A DNA stretch of 64,000 nucleotides, taken from assembly GCA_964035545.1 (NCBI GenBank), contig CAXIUT010000230.1, positions 1,550,001-1,614,000 on the forward strand, in the 5' to 3' direction. Shown here piece by piece: positions 1 to 12,517 of the stretch. A program made the position numbers and the translations under genes. Under the pieces are notes generated by a model. That model was not told the origin of the DNA. It saw only the letters and a list, made by a program, of their open reading frames with translations, and made no database searches. The DNA comes from Bugula neritina. Lineage: Eukaryota; Animalia; Bryozoa. Within the stretch, counting starts at the first letter, position 1. Each line of letters starts with the position of its first letter.

Positions 1-3000
1 TACTGCAACATGCCCAAATACACTGCAACACACTGAAACATAAGGCAACATACTGAAATATTTTGCGATGCATTGACATATACTGCAACATACTAAAATA
101 TACTGCAACATACTGCAACATCCTAAAATACACTGTAACATACTGAAATACACTGCAACATCTTGAAAAATACTGCAACATACTTACACGTACGGCAACA
201 TACTAAAATACACTATAACATATTGAAATATACTGCAACATACTGAAATACAGTATAACATATTGAAATATGCTGTAGCATACTGAAATAAACTGCCACA
301 CACTGAAGTCTACTGTAATATATAGAAATGTACTGTAACATACTGTGACATACTGAAACATACGGCAACATACTGAAATGTACTGCAACATACTGAAATA
401 TACTGCAACAAAGTGCAACGTACTGAAATACACTGTAACATATTGAAATACACTGCGACACATTAAAATATACTGCAACACACTGAAACATACGGCAACA
501 TACCGAAATAAACCGGACACCTTGAAAATTACTGCAACGTACTGAAATATACTGCAAGTGGTGCAACATACCGAAGTACACTGTGACACACTGAAATACA
601 CTGCCACACACTGAAGTATACTGTAATATACAGAAATGTACTGTAACATACTGAAACACACGGCGACATAGTGAAATGTACTGCAACATACTGAAATATA
701 TTGCAACATAGTGCAACATACCGAAACACACTGTAACATAGTGAAATACACTGCAACATATTGAAATATACTGCAACATAACGAAATAAATGGTAAACTA
801 GTGGAATATACTGTAACACAATGAAATTGACTGCTTAAGTTACTGAAATATACTGTAACATACTGAAATACGCTGCCACACACTGAAACATACGGCAACC
901 TACCGAAATAAACTGCGACAGGTTGAAAATTACTGCAACATACTGCAACATACTGAAATACACTGGAACATGTTGAAATACACTGCGAAACATTAAAATA
1001 TACTGTAACACACTGAAACATAGGGCAACATACCGAAGTATACTGCGACATGTTGAAAAATACTGCAACATACTGAAATATACTGCAAGTGGTGCAACAT
1101 ACTGAAAGACACTGGGACACACTGAAATACACTGCAACATACTGCAACATACTGAAATACACTGGAACTTACTGAAATATACTGCGACACATTAAAATAT
1201 ACAGTAACATACTGAAATATACTTCAACATACTGAAACATACGGCAACCTACCGAAATAAACTGCGACACGTTGAAAATTACTGCAACATACTGAAATAT
1301 ACTGCAAGTGGTGCAACATACTGAAATGCATTGTGATACACTGAAATACACTGCAACATACTGCAACATACCACAACATACTGAAATATACTGCGACGCA
1401 TTAAAATATACTGCAACATACTGAAATATACTGCAACGTAGTGCAACGTACTGAAATACACTGTAACATAATGAATTACATTGCAACACATTAAAACATA
1501 CTGCAACATACTGAAATATACTGCAACATACTGAATTACACTCTAACATACTGAAATATGCTCTAGCATACTGAAATACACTGCAACACAGTGGAGTATA
1601 CTGTAATACACTGAAATGTACTGCAACATACTGAATTATACTGCAACATACTGCAACGTACTGGAACACACTGTAACATAATGAAATATGCTGTAGGACA
1701 CTGAAATACACTGCAACACCCTGAAGTATACTGTAATATACTGAAATGTTATGCAATGTACTGAAAAATAATGCAACGCGTTGAATTACACTATAACATA
1801 TTCAAATATACCGCAACATACTGAAATGTAGTGTAATGTACAGAAATGAACCCTAACATACTGAAATATACTGTAACACACTGAAACATACTCTAACATA
1901 CCGAAATAGACTGTAACATACTGAAATCTACTGCAACATACTGAAATGTACCGCAACATACTGAAATATGCGGTAGCATATTGAAAGACACTACGATTCA
2001 CTGAAGTATAATGTAATATACGGGAATGTATTGCAACATGCCGAAATAAACTGCAACATACTGAAATAAATGGAACATATTGATATGCACTGCAACACAT
2101 TGAAATATACTGCAACACGCTGAAACATAAGGCAACATAGTGAAATATACTGCGACACATTGAAATATACTGCAACATACTAAAATATACTGCAACATAC
2201 TGCGACATCCTAAAATACACTGTAACATACTGAAATACACTGCAACACCTTGAAAAATACTGCAACATACTTGAACATACTGCAACATACAACCTACTGA
2301 AATATACTGCAACATACTAAAATACACTATAACATATTGAAATATACTGCAACATACTGAAATACACTATAACACATTGAAATATGCTGTAGCATACTGA
2401 AATACACTGCCACACACTGAAGTATACTGTAATATACAGAAATGTACTGTAACATACTGAAACACACGGCAACATACTGAAATGTACTGCAACATACTGA
2501 AATATATTGCAACATAGTGCAACATACTGAAACACACTGTAACATAGTGAAATACACTGCAACATATTGAAATATACTGCAACATAACGAAATAAATGGT
2601 AAACTAGTGGAATATACTGTAACACAATGAAATTGACTGCAAGATACTGAAATATACTGCAAAATACTGAAATATACTGCAACACACTGAAATATACTGA
2701 AACATACAGAAATATACTGCAACATACAGAAGTATACTGCAACAGACTGCAACATACTGAAAAACAGTGTAACATACTGAAAAAGACTGCAACACATTGG
2801 AATATACTGCAACATACTGAAATATGCTGTAGCATACTGAAAGACACTACAACCCACTGAACTATAGTGTAATATACAGAAATGTACTACAACATGCCTA
2901 AATATACTGCAACATACTGAAATACACTACAACATACTGCAACATACTGAAATACACTGTGACACACTGAAATACACTGCAACATACTGCAATATACTGC

Positions 3001-5301
3001 AACATACTGAAATATACTGCAACATACTGCAACATACTAAAATACACTGCAACATACTGCAACATAATGAAATACACTGGAACATATTGAAATACACTGC
3101 GACACAGTAAAATATACTGCAACACACTGAAACATACGGCAACATACCGAAATATACTGCGACATGTTGAACAATACTGCGACATACTGAAATATACTGC
3201 AAGTGGTGCAACATACTGAAATACACTGTGACACACTGAAATACACTGCAACACACTGCAACATACTGCAACATACTGAAATACACTGTAACATATTGAA
3301 ATACACTGCAACATACTGCAACATACTGAAATACACTGGAACTTACTGAAATATACTGCGACACATTAAAATATACTGTAACATACTGAAATATACTTCA
3401 ACATACTGCAACATACTCAAATACACTGTAATATACTGAAATACATTGCAACACATTGAAATATACTGCAACATACTGAAACATACTGCAACATACTGAA
3501 ATATACTGCAACATACTTAATTACACTATAACATATTGAAATATACTGCAACATAGTGAATTACACTCTAACATACTGAAATATGCTGTAGCATACTGAG
3601 TTACGCTGCAACACACTGAAGTATACTGTAATATACTGAAATGTACTGCGACATACTGAGTTATACTGCAACATAGTGCAACATACTGAATTACACTGTA
3701 ACATAATGAAATATGCTGTAGCACACTGAAATACACTGCAACACACTGAAGTAAACTGTAATGTACTGAAATGTACTGCAAAATACTGAAAGGTACTGCA
3801 ACATACTGCAACAAACTAAAATACACTGCAACATACTGAAATACATTGCAACACATTAAAATATACTGCAACATACTGAAACATACTGCAACATACTGAA
3901 ATATACTGCAACATACTGAAATACACTATAACATATTGAAATGTACTGCACCATACTGAATTACACTCTAACATAATGAAATATGCTGTAGCATACTGAA
4001 ATACACTGCAACATACTGCAAAAAATTGAAATACACTGGAACATATTGAAATATACTGCAACATACCTAAATGAATGGTAAACTAATGAAATGTACTGTA
4101 ACATAATGAAACATACTCTAGCAGAATGAAAAATACTGCACGAAACTGAAATATACTGGAACATACTGAAATGTACGCAACATACTGAAGTACGCTGCAA
4201 CATACTGATTTATACTGCAAGATACTGCAACATACTGAAATACACTGTAACATACTGAAACACACTGCAAAATACTGCAACATACTGAAATACACTGGAA
4301 CATATTGAAATACACTGCAACACTTTGAAATATGCTTCAACACACTGAAACATACGGCAACATACCGAAATATTCTGCGACACGTTGAAAAACACTGCAA
4401 CATACTGAAACATACTGCAAGTGGTTCAACATACTGAAACACACTGTGAGACACTGAAATATACTGCAACATACTGCAACATACTGCAACATACTGAAAT
4501 ATCCTGCGACATACTGAAATACACTATAACATATTAAAATATACTGCAACATACTGAATTGCACTCTAACGTATTGAAATATGCTGTAGCATACTGAAAT
4601 ACACTGCAACACACTGAAGTATACTGTAATACACTGAAATGTACTGCAATATACTGAAATATACTGCAACATCTTGCAACATACTGAAATACACTGTAAC
4701 ATAATGAAGTACACTGCAACATACTGAAATGCACTGGAACATATTGGAATGCACTGCAACACATCGAAATATACTGCAACACACTGAAACGTACATCAAC
4801 ATACTGAAATATACTGCGACACATTAAAATATACTGCAACACACTTAAATATACTGCAACATACAGAACTATACAGCAACATACAGAAATATACTGCAAC
4901 AGACTGCAACATACTGAAAAACAGTGTCACATACTGAAATACACTGCAACAAATTAGAATATACTGCAACATACTGAAATATGCTCTAACATACTGAAAG
5001 ACACTACAACTTACTGAATAGTAGTGTAATATACGGAAAAGTACTGCGACATGCCTAGATATACTGCAACATACTGAAATACACTACAACATACTGCAAC
5101 ATACTGAAATACACTGTGACACACTGAAATACACTGCAACATACTGCAATATACTGCAACATACTGAAATACACTGCAACACATTAGAATATACTGCAAC
5201 ATACTGAAATATACTGCAACATACTGACATACACTACAACATACTGCAACATACTGGAATACACTGGAACACATTGAAATATACTGCAACATACTGAAAT
5301 A
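1..5301. repeat. Satellite array, segment 1 (10-bp monomer / 20-bp dimer ACTGCAACATACTGAAATAY); most irregular part
   Basis: Continuous 10-bp periodicity in every line, with ACTGCAACAT alternating with ACTGAAATAT/C. It begins before the window start and ends where non-repetitive CACAGGATAG starts at 5302. Confidence 0.98.
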
Positions 5302-5617
5302 CACAGGATAGTTGAGGGCAACCTTTTAGCTGCAACTGCCTTGCTGAGGTTTGCATTGTAATCATATAAGAATTCAGTACCAGTAAAATAAAATCTCACC
5401 GAATTGTGCTAGAGTCAAAATTTAAAAACTATGTTGTAGATCCTGTTTTTTCCCAGTGCAACTTTTTGGAATTTCCAATTTTCATTTTTTTTGCAAAGTT
5501 ATAGACAAAAAACTGCCCAATTTTGGTCAAATTTGCCTGAAAGGCTGACTTTTCAGTACCAGTAAAATATTTCAGCCGCAAAAGATGATATCTGAATAAA
5601 ACTTGCACTGCTGGAAT
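5302..5617 (+). mobile_element. Truncated copy (left end only) of the non-autonomous CAC-terminated DNA transposon
   Basis: Aligns colinearly with 11760-12076 (about 24 differences in ~317 bp by manual count, ~92%). It starts exactly at the CACAGGATAGTT terminus, has no right TIR, and runs into satellite at CTGGAAT|ATACTGCAAC. Confidence 0.93.
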
Positions 5618-6791
5618 ATACTGCAACATACTGAAATATACTGCAAGATACCGCAACATACTGAAATCCACTGTAACATACTGAAATACACTGCAACATA
5701 CTGCAATATACTGAATTACATTGGAACATATTGAAATACACTGCAACACTTTGAAATATACTGCAACACAATGAAACATACGGCAACATACTGAAATATT
5801 CTGCAACATACTGCAACATACTAAAATACACTGTAACATACTGAAATACATTGCAAAACAATAAAATATACTGCAACATACTAAAACATACTGCAACATA
5901 CTGAAAATAACTGCAACATACTGAATTACACTCTAACATACTGAAATATGGTGTAGCATACTGAAATACACTGCAACACACTGCAGTATACTGTAATATA
6001 CAGAAATGTACTGCAACATACTGAATTATACTGCAACATACTGCAACATACTGAAATACACTGTAACATAACGAAATACACTGCAACACATTGAAATATA
6101 CTGCAACATACTGAAATGATTGGTAAACTAGTGAAATGTACTGTAACATAATGAAACATACCGGAACATTCTGCAACATAATGAAATATACTGTAGCACA
6201 CTGAAATATACTGCACGATACTGAAATATACTGTAACATACTGAAATGTACGCAACATACTGAAATACGCTGCAACATACTGATTTATACTGCAAGATAC
6301 TGCAACATACTGAATTCCACTGTAACATACTGAAATACACTGCAACATACTGCAAGATATTGCAACATACTGAAATACACTGTAACATATTGAAATACAT
6401 TGCATCATACTGCAACATACTGAATGACACTGAAACATATTGATATACACTACAACACATTGAAATACACTGCAACACACGGAAACATAAGGCAACATAC
6501 TGAAATATACTGCGACACATTGAAATATACTGCAACATAATAAAATATACTCCAACATACTGCAACGTCTTAAAATACACTGTAACATACTGAAATACAC
6601 TGCATTACATTGAAAATTACTGCAACATACTGAAAGATACGGCAACATACTGAAATATACTGCAACATACTGAAATACACTATAACATAATGAAATATAC
6701 TGCAACATACTGAAATACACTATAACATATTGAAATATGCTGTAGCATACTGAAACACACTGCAACACACTGGTGTATACTGTTATATGCA

Positions 6792-9700
6792 GAAACATAC
6801 TCTAACATACCGAAATAGACTGTAACATACTGAAATCTACTGCAACATACTGAAATGTACCGCAACATACTGAAATATGCTGTAGCATATTGAAAGACAC
6901 TACGATTCACTGAAGTATAGTGTAATATACGGGAATGTATTGCAACATGCCGAAATAAACTGCAACATACTGAAATAAATGGAACATATTGATATGCACT
7001 GCAACACATTGAAATATACTGCAACACGCTGAAACATAAGGCAACATAGTGAAATATACTGCAACATACTAAAATATACTGCAACATACTGCGACATCCT
7101 AAAATACACTGTAACATACTGAAATACACTGCAACACCTTGAAAAATACTGCAACATACTTAAACATACTGCAACATACAACCTACTGAAATATACTGCA
7201 ACATACTAAAATACACTATAACATATTGAAATATACTGCAACATACTGAAATACACTATAACACATTGAAATATGCTGTAGCATACTGAAATACACTGCC
7301 ACACACTGAAGTATACTGTAATATACAGAAATGTACTGTAACATACTGTAACATACTGAAACATACGGCAACATACTGAAATGTACTGCAACATACTGAA
7401 ATATATTGCAACATAGTGCAACATACTGAAACACACGGTAACATAGTGAAATACACTGCAACATATTGAAATATACTGCAACATAACGAAATAAATGGTA
7501 AACTAGTGGAATATACTGTAACACAATGAAATTGACTGCAAGATACTGAAATATACTGTAAAATACTGAAATACGCTGCCAGACACTGAAACATACGGCA
7601 ACCTACCGAAATAAACTGCGACACGTTGAAAATTACTGCAACATACTGGAATATACTGCAACATACTGCAACATACTGAAATACACTGGAACATGTTGAA
7701 ATACACTGCGAAACATTAAAATATACTGTAACACACTGAAACATAGGGCAACATACCGAAGTATACTGCGACATGTTGAAAAATACTGCAACATACTGAA
7801 ATATACTGCAAGTGGTGCAACATACTGAAAGACACTGGGACACACTGAAATACACTGCAATATACTGCAACATACTGAAATACACTGGAACTTACTGAAA
7901 TATACTGCGACACATTAAAATATACAGTAACATACTGAAATATACTTCAACATACTGAAACATACGGCGACCTACCGAAACATACTGCGACACGTTGAAA
8001 ATTACTGCAACATACTGAAATATACTGCAAGTGGTGCAACATACTGAAATACATTGTGACACACTGAAATACACTGCAACATACTGCAACATACCACAAC
8101 ATACTGAAATATACTGCGACGCATTAAAATATACTGCAACATACTGAAGTATACTGCAACATACTAAAACACACTGCAACATACTGAAATACATTGCAAC
8201 ACATTAAAACATAGTGCAACATACTGAAACGTACTGCAACATACTGAAATATACTGCAACATACTGAAATACTTTATAACATATTGAAATATACTGCAAC
8301 ATACTGAATTACACTCTAACATACTGAAATATGCTGTAGCATACTGAAATACACTGCACCACATTGAAATATACTGCAGAATACCGAAATGAATGGTAAA
8401 CTAACGAAATAAACTGTAACATAATGAAACATACCGGAACATACTGCTACATAATAAAATATACTGTAACGCACTGAAATACACTGCAAGATACTGAAAT
8501 ATACTGCAACATACTGAAACGTACGCAACATACTAAAATACGCCGCAGCATACCGTAATATACTGCAAGATACTGCAAAACACTGAGTACACTGTGTCAT
8601 ACTGAAATACACTGCAACATACCGCAAGATATTGCAACATACTGAAATACACTGTAACATATTGAAATACATTGCATCATACTGCAACATACTGAATGAC
8701 ACTGAAACATATTGATATACACTACAACACATTGAAATACACTGCAACACACGGAAACATAAGGCAACATACTGAAATATACTGCGACACATTGAAATAT
8801 ACTGCAACATAATAAAATATACTCCAACATACTGCAACGTCTTAAAATACACTGTAACATACTGAAATACACTGCATTACATTGAAAATTACTGCAACAT
8901 ACTGAAAGATACGGCAACATACTGAAATATACTGCAACATACTGAAATACACTATAACATATTGAAATATACTGCAACATACTGAAATACACTATAACAT
9001 ATTGAAATATGCTGTAGCATACTGAAACACACTGCAACACACTGGTGTATACTGTTATATGCAGAAATGTACTGTAACATACTGAAACATACGGCAACAT
9101 ACTGAAATGTACTGAAACATACTGAAATATACTGCAACAAACTGATATACACTGGAACTTACTGAAATATCCTGCCACACATTAAAATATACAGTAACAT
9201 ACTGAAATATACTTCAACATACTGCAACATACTAAAATACACTGTAACATACTGAAATACATTGCAACACATTGAAATATACTGCAACATACTGAAATAT
9301 ACTGCAACATTCTGAATTACACTATAACATATTGAAATATACTGCAACATACTGAATTACATTCTAACAAACTGAAATATGCTGTAGCAGACTGAATTAC
9401 ACTGCAACACAGTGGAGTATACTGTAATACACTGAAATGTACTGCAACATACTGAATTATACTGCAACATACTGCAACGTACTGGAACACACTGTAACAT
9501 AATGAAATATGCTGTAGGACACTGAAATACACTGCAACACCCTGAAGTATACTGTAATATACTGAAATGTTATGCAATGTACTGAAAAATAATGCAACGC
9601 GTTGAATTACACTATAACATATTCAAATATACCGCAACATACTGAAATGTAGTGTAATATACAGAAATGAACTGTAACATACTGAAATATACTGTAACAC

Positions 9701-11759
9701 ACTGAAACATACTCTAACATACCGAAATAGACTGTAACATACTGAAATCTACTGCAACATACTGAAATGTACCGCAACATACTGAAATATGCTGTAGCAT
9801 ATTGAAAGACACTACGATTCACTGAAGTATAGTGTAATATACGGGAATGTATTGCAACATGCCGAAATAAACTGCAACATACTGAAATAAATGGACATAT
9901 TGATATGCACTGCAACACATTGAAATATACTGCAACACGCTGAAACATAAGGCAACATGGTGAAATATACTGCGACACATTGAAATATACTGCAACATAC
10001 TAAAATATACTGCAACATACTGCGACATCCTAAAATACACTGTAACATACTGAAATACACTGCAACACCTTGAAAAATACTGCAACATACTTAAACATAC
10101 TGCAACATACAACCTACTGAAATATACTGCAACATACTAAAATACACTATAACATATTGAAATATACTTCAACATACTGAAATACACTATAACACATTGA
10201 AATATGCTGTAGCATACTGAAATACACTGCCACACACTGAAGTATACTGTAATATACAGAAATGTACTGTAACATACTGAAACACACGGCAACATACTGA
10301 AATGTACTGCAACATACTGAAATATATTGCAACATAGTGCAACATACTGAAACACACTGTAACATAGTGAAATACACTGCAACATATTGAAATATACTGC
10401 AACATAACGAAAATAATGGTAAACTAGTGGAATATACTGTAACACAATGAAATTGACTGCAAGATACTGAAATATACTGTAAAATACTGAAATACGCTGC
10501 CACACACTGAAACATACGGCAACCCACCGAAATAAACTGCGACACGTTGAAAATTACTGCAACATACTGAAATATACTGCAACATACTGCAACATACTGA
10601 AATACACTGGAACATGTTGAAATACACTGCGAAACATTAAAATATACTGTAACACACTGAAACATAGGGCAACATACCGAAGTATACTGCGACATGTTGA
10701 AAAATACTGCAACATACTGAAATATACTGCAAGTGGTGCAACATACTGAAAGACACTGGGACACACTGAAATACACTGCAATATACTGCAACATACTGAA
10801 ATACACTGGAACTTACTGAAATATACTGCGACACATTAAAATATACAGTAACATACTGAAATATACTTCAACATACTGAAACATACGGCGACCTACCGAA
10901 ATATACTGCGACACGTTGAAAATTACTGCAACATACTGAAATATACTGCAAGTGGTGCAACATACTGAAATACATTGTGACACACTGAAATACACTGCAA
11001 CATACTGCAACATACCACAACATACTGAAATATACTGCGACGCATTAAAACATACTGCAACATACTGAAGTATACTGCAACATACTAAAACACACTGCAA
11101 CATACTGAAATACATTGCAACACATTAAAACATAGTGCAACATACTGAAACGTACTGCAACATACTGAAATATACTGCAACATACTGAAATACTTTATAA
11201 CATATTGAAATATACTGCAACATACTGAATTACACTCTAACATACTGAAATATGCTGTAGCATACTGAAATACACTGCACCACATTGAAATATACTGCAG
11301 AATACCGAAATGAATTGTAAACTAACGAAATAAACTGTAACATAATGAAACATACCGGAACATACTGCTACATAATAAAATATACTGTAACGCACTGAAA
11401 TACACTGCAAGATACTGAAATATACTGCAACATACTGAAACGTACGCAACATACTAAAATACGCCGCAGCATACCGTAATATACTGCAAGATACTGCAAA
11501 ACACTGAGTACACTGTGTCATACTGAAATACACTGCAACATACTGCAAGATATTGCAACATACTGAAATACACTGTAACATATTGAAATACATTGCATCA
11601 TACTGCAACATACTGAATGACACTGAAACATATTGATATACACTACAACACATTGAAATACACTGCAACACACGGAAACATAAGGCAACATACTGAAATA
11701 TACTGCGACACATTGAAATATACTGCAACATAATAAAATATACTCCAACATACTGCAAC
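6792..11759. repeat. Higher-order repeat family 1 (~2.91-2.93 kb), two tandem copies; the second is interrupted by the transposon
   Basis: Landmark variants and ORF-track entries recur at +2912, +2931 and then +2921 (7503/10424, 7892/10813, 8316/11237, 8597/11518). Confidence 0.85.
11758..11759. other. 2-bp target-site duplication, left copy (AC)
   Basis: The filled site reads TGCA-AC-[element]-AC-GTCTTAAAA. Empty paralogous sites read TGCA-AC-GTCTTAAAA (AC at 6565-6566, 8837-8838, 17582-17583). Confidence 0.9.
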
Positions 11760-11783
11760 CACAGGATAGTTAAGGGCAACCTT
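11760..11783 (+). repeat. Left terminal inverted repeat (24 bp)
   Basis: CACAGGATAGTTAAGGGCAACCTT is the reverse complement of 12492-12515 with one mismatch. Confidence 0.95.
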
Positions 11784-11830
11784 TTAGCTGCAATTGCCTT
11801 GCTGAGGTTTGCATTGTAATCATATAAGAA

Positions 11831-12106
11831 TTCAGTACCAGTAAAATAAAATCTCACCTAATTGTGCTAGAGTCAAAATTTAAAAACTATGTTGTAGATC
11901 TTCTTTTTCTCCAGTGTAAGTTTTTTGGAAATTTCAATTTTCATTTTTTTTGCGAAGTTATAGACAAAAAACTGCCGAATTTTGGCCAATTTTGCCTGAA
12001 AAGCTGACTTTTCAGTACCAGTAAAAAGTCTCAGCAGCAAAGCATGATATCTGAATAAAAATTGCACTGCTGGAATCCTGAGATATTTCTCCAGTGTAAG
12101 TTTTTT
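11831..12106 (+). repeat. Internal direct-repeat motif pairs of the transposon at 180-bp spacing
   Basis: TTCAGTACCAGTAAAA at 11831 and 12011; TTTCTCCAGTGTAAGTTTTTT at 11906 and 12086. Both offsets are exactly 180 bp. Confidence 0.85.
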
Positions 12107-12491
12107 TCTTTTTGCAATAACTCTGCTAGATTGCTCATAAATTAGTGATTTATACACTGAAAATGCCATATTTTCTCATAAGAAACTAGCAGCGCGCAGC
12201 ACTTCACGCTTCACTGAGCACGTAGGGATGAGAAGATATTGGCGCCTACATAATAATTACAGGCTAGCTAGCTGGCAGGCTATAATGAATAGCTTGCTTT
12301 GTACTTTGTTTATGTAGCACCAATAATGGAATGTTGATAGATAACGCAGCCCTAACGAAGGTTGCTGCTTATTGGTTGTAGTTTAATCTTAGGCTAAACA
12401 ATTACAAGTAGGCAACACGCATGCCACCCGCAGAGCAATATTATTCAAGAACCCGAACTACATTTTGAGAGAAATTTATGATATTCTTAGT

Positions 12492-12515
12492 AAGGATGCC
12501 CTTAACTATCCTGTG
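12492..12515 (-). repeat. Right terminal inverted repeat (24 bp)
   Basis: AAGGATGCCCTTAACTATCCTGTG, followed immediately by the duplicated AC and then satellite. Confidence 0.95.
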
Positions 12516-12517
12516 AC
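12516..12517. other. 2-bp target-site duplication, right copy (AC)
   Basis: AC directly after the terminal GTG; present only once at the empty paralogous sites. Confidence 0.9.

Larger units (their letters stand above)
5618..11759. repeat. Satellite array, segment 2
   Basis: Same 10/20-bp unit and same orientation, lying between the two transposon copies. Confidence 0.98.
11760..12515 (+). mobile_element. Complete 756-bp non-autonomous TIR DNA transposon (MITE-like), probably CACTA/EnSpm (CMC) superfamily
   Basis: Non-repetitive island bounded by inverted repeats CACAGGATAGTTAAGGGCAACCTT ... AAGGATGCCCTTAACTATCCTGTG (23/24, outer 19 bp perfect), with a 2-bp TSD and no transposase ORF. The superfamily is inferred from the CAC termini plus 2-bp TSD. 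Strand is arbitrary. Confidence 0.92.

Noticed and set aside
11760-11800. RAG recombination signal or Transib/ProtoRAG end (CACAG...)
   Set aside because: The terminus is CACAGGA, not the CACAGTG heptamer. No nonamer is evident at 12 or 23 spacing, and the TSD is 2 bp instead of 5 bp.
11873-12169. 98-aa minus-strand ORF inside the transposon, and ORFs 5184-5399, 5429-5899 and 11237-11857 crossing element/satellite junctions
   Set aside because: Short, with no recognisable transposase motif. The frame is not preserved between the two copies (1-bp indel), and the junction ORFs are chimeras with satellite.
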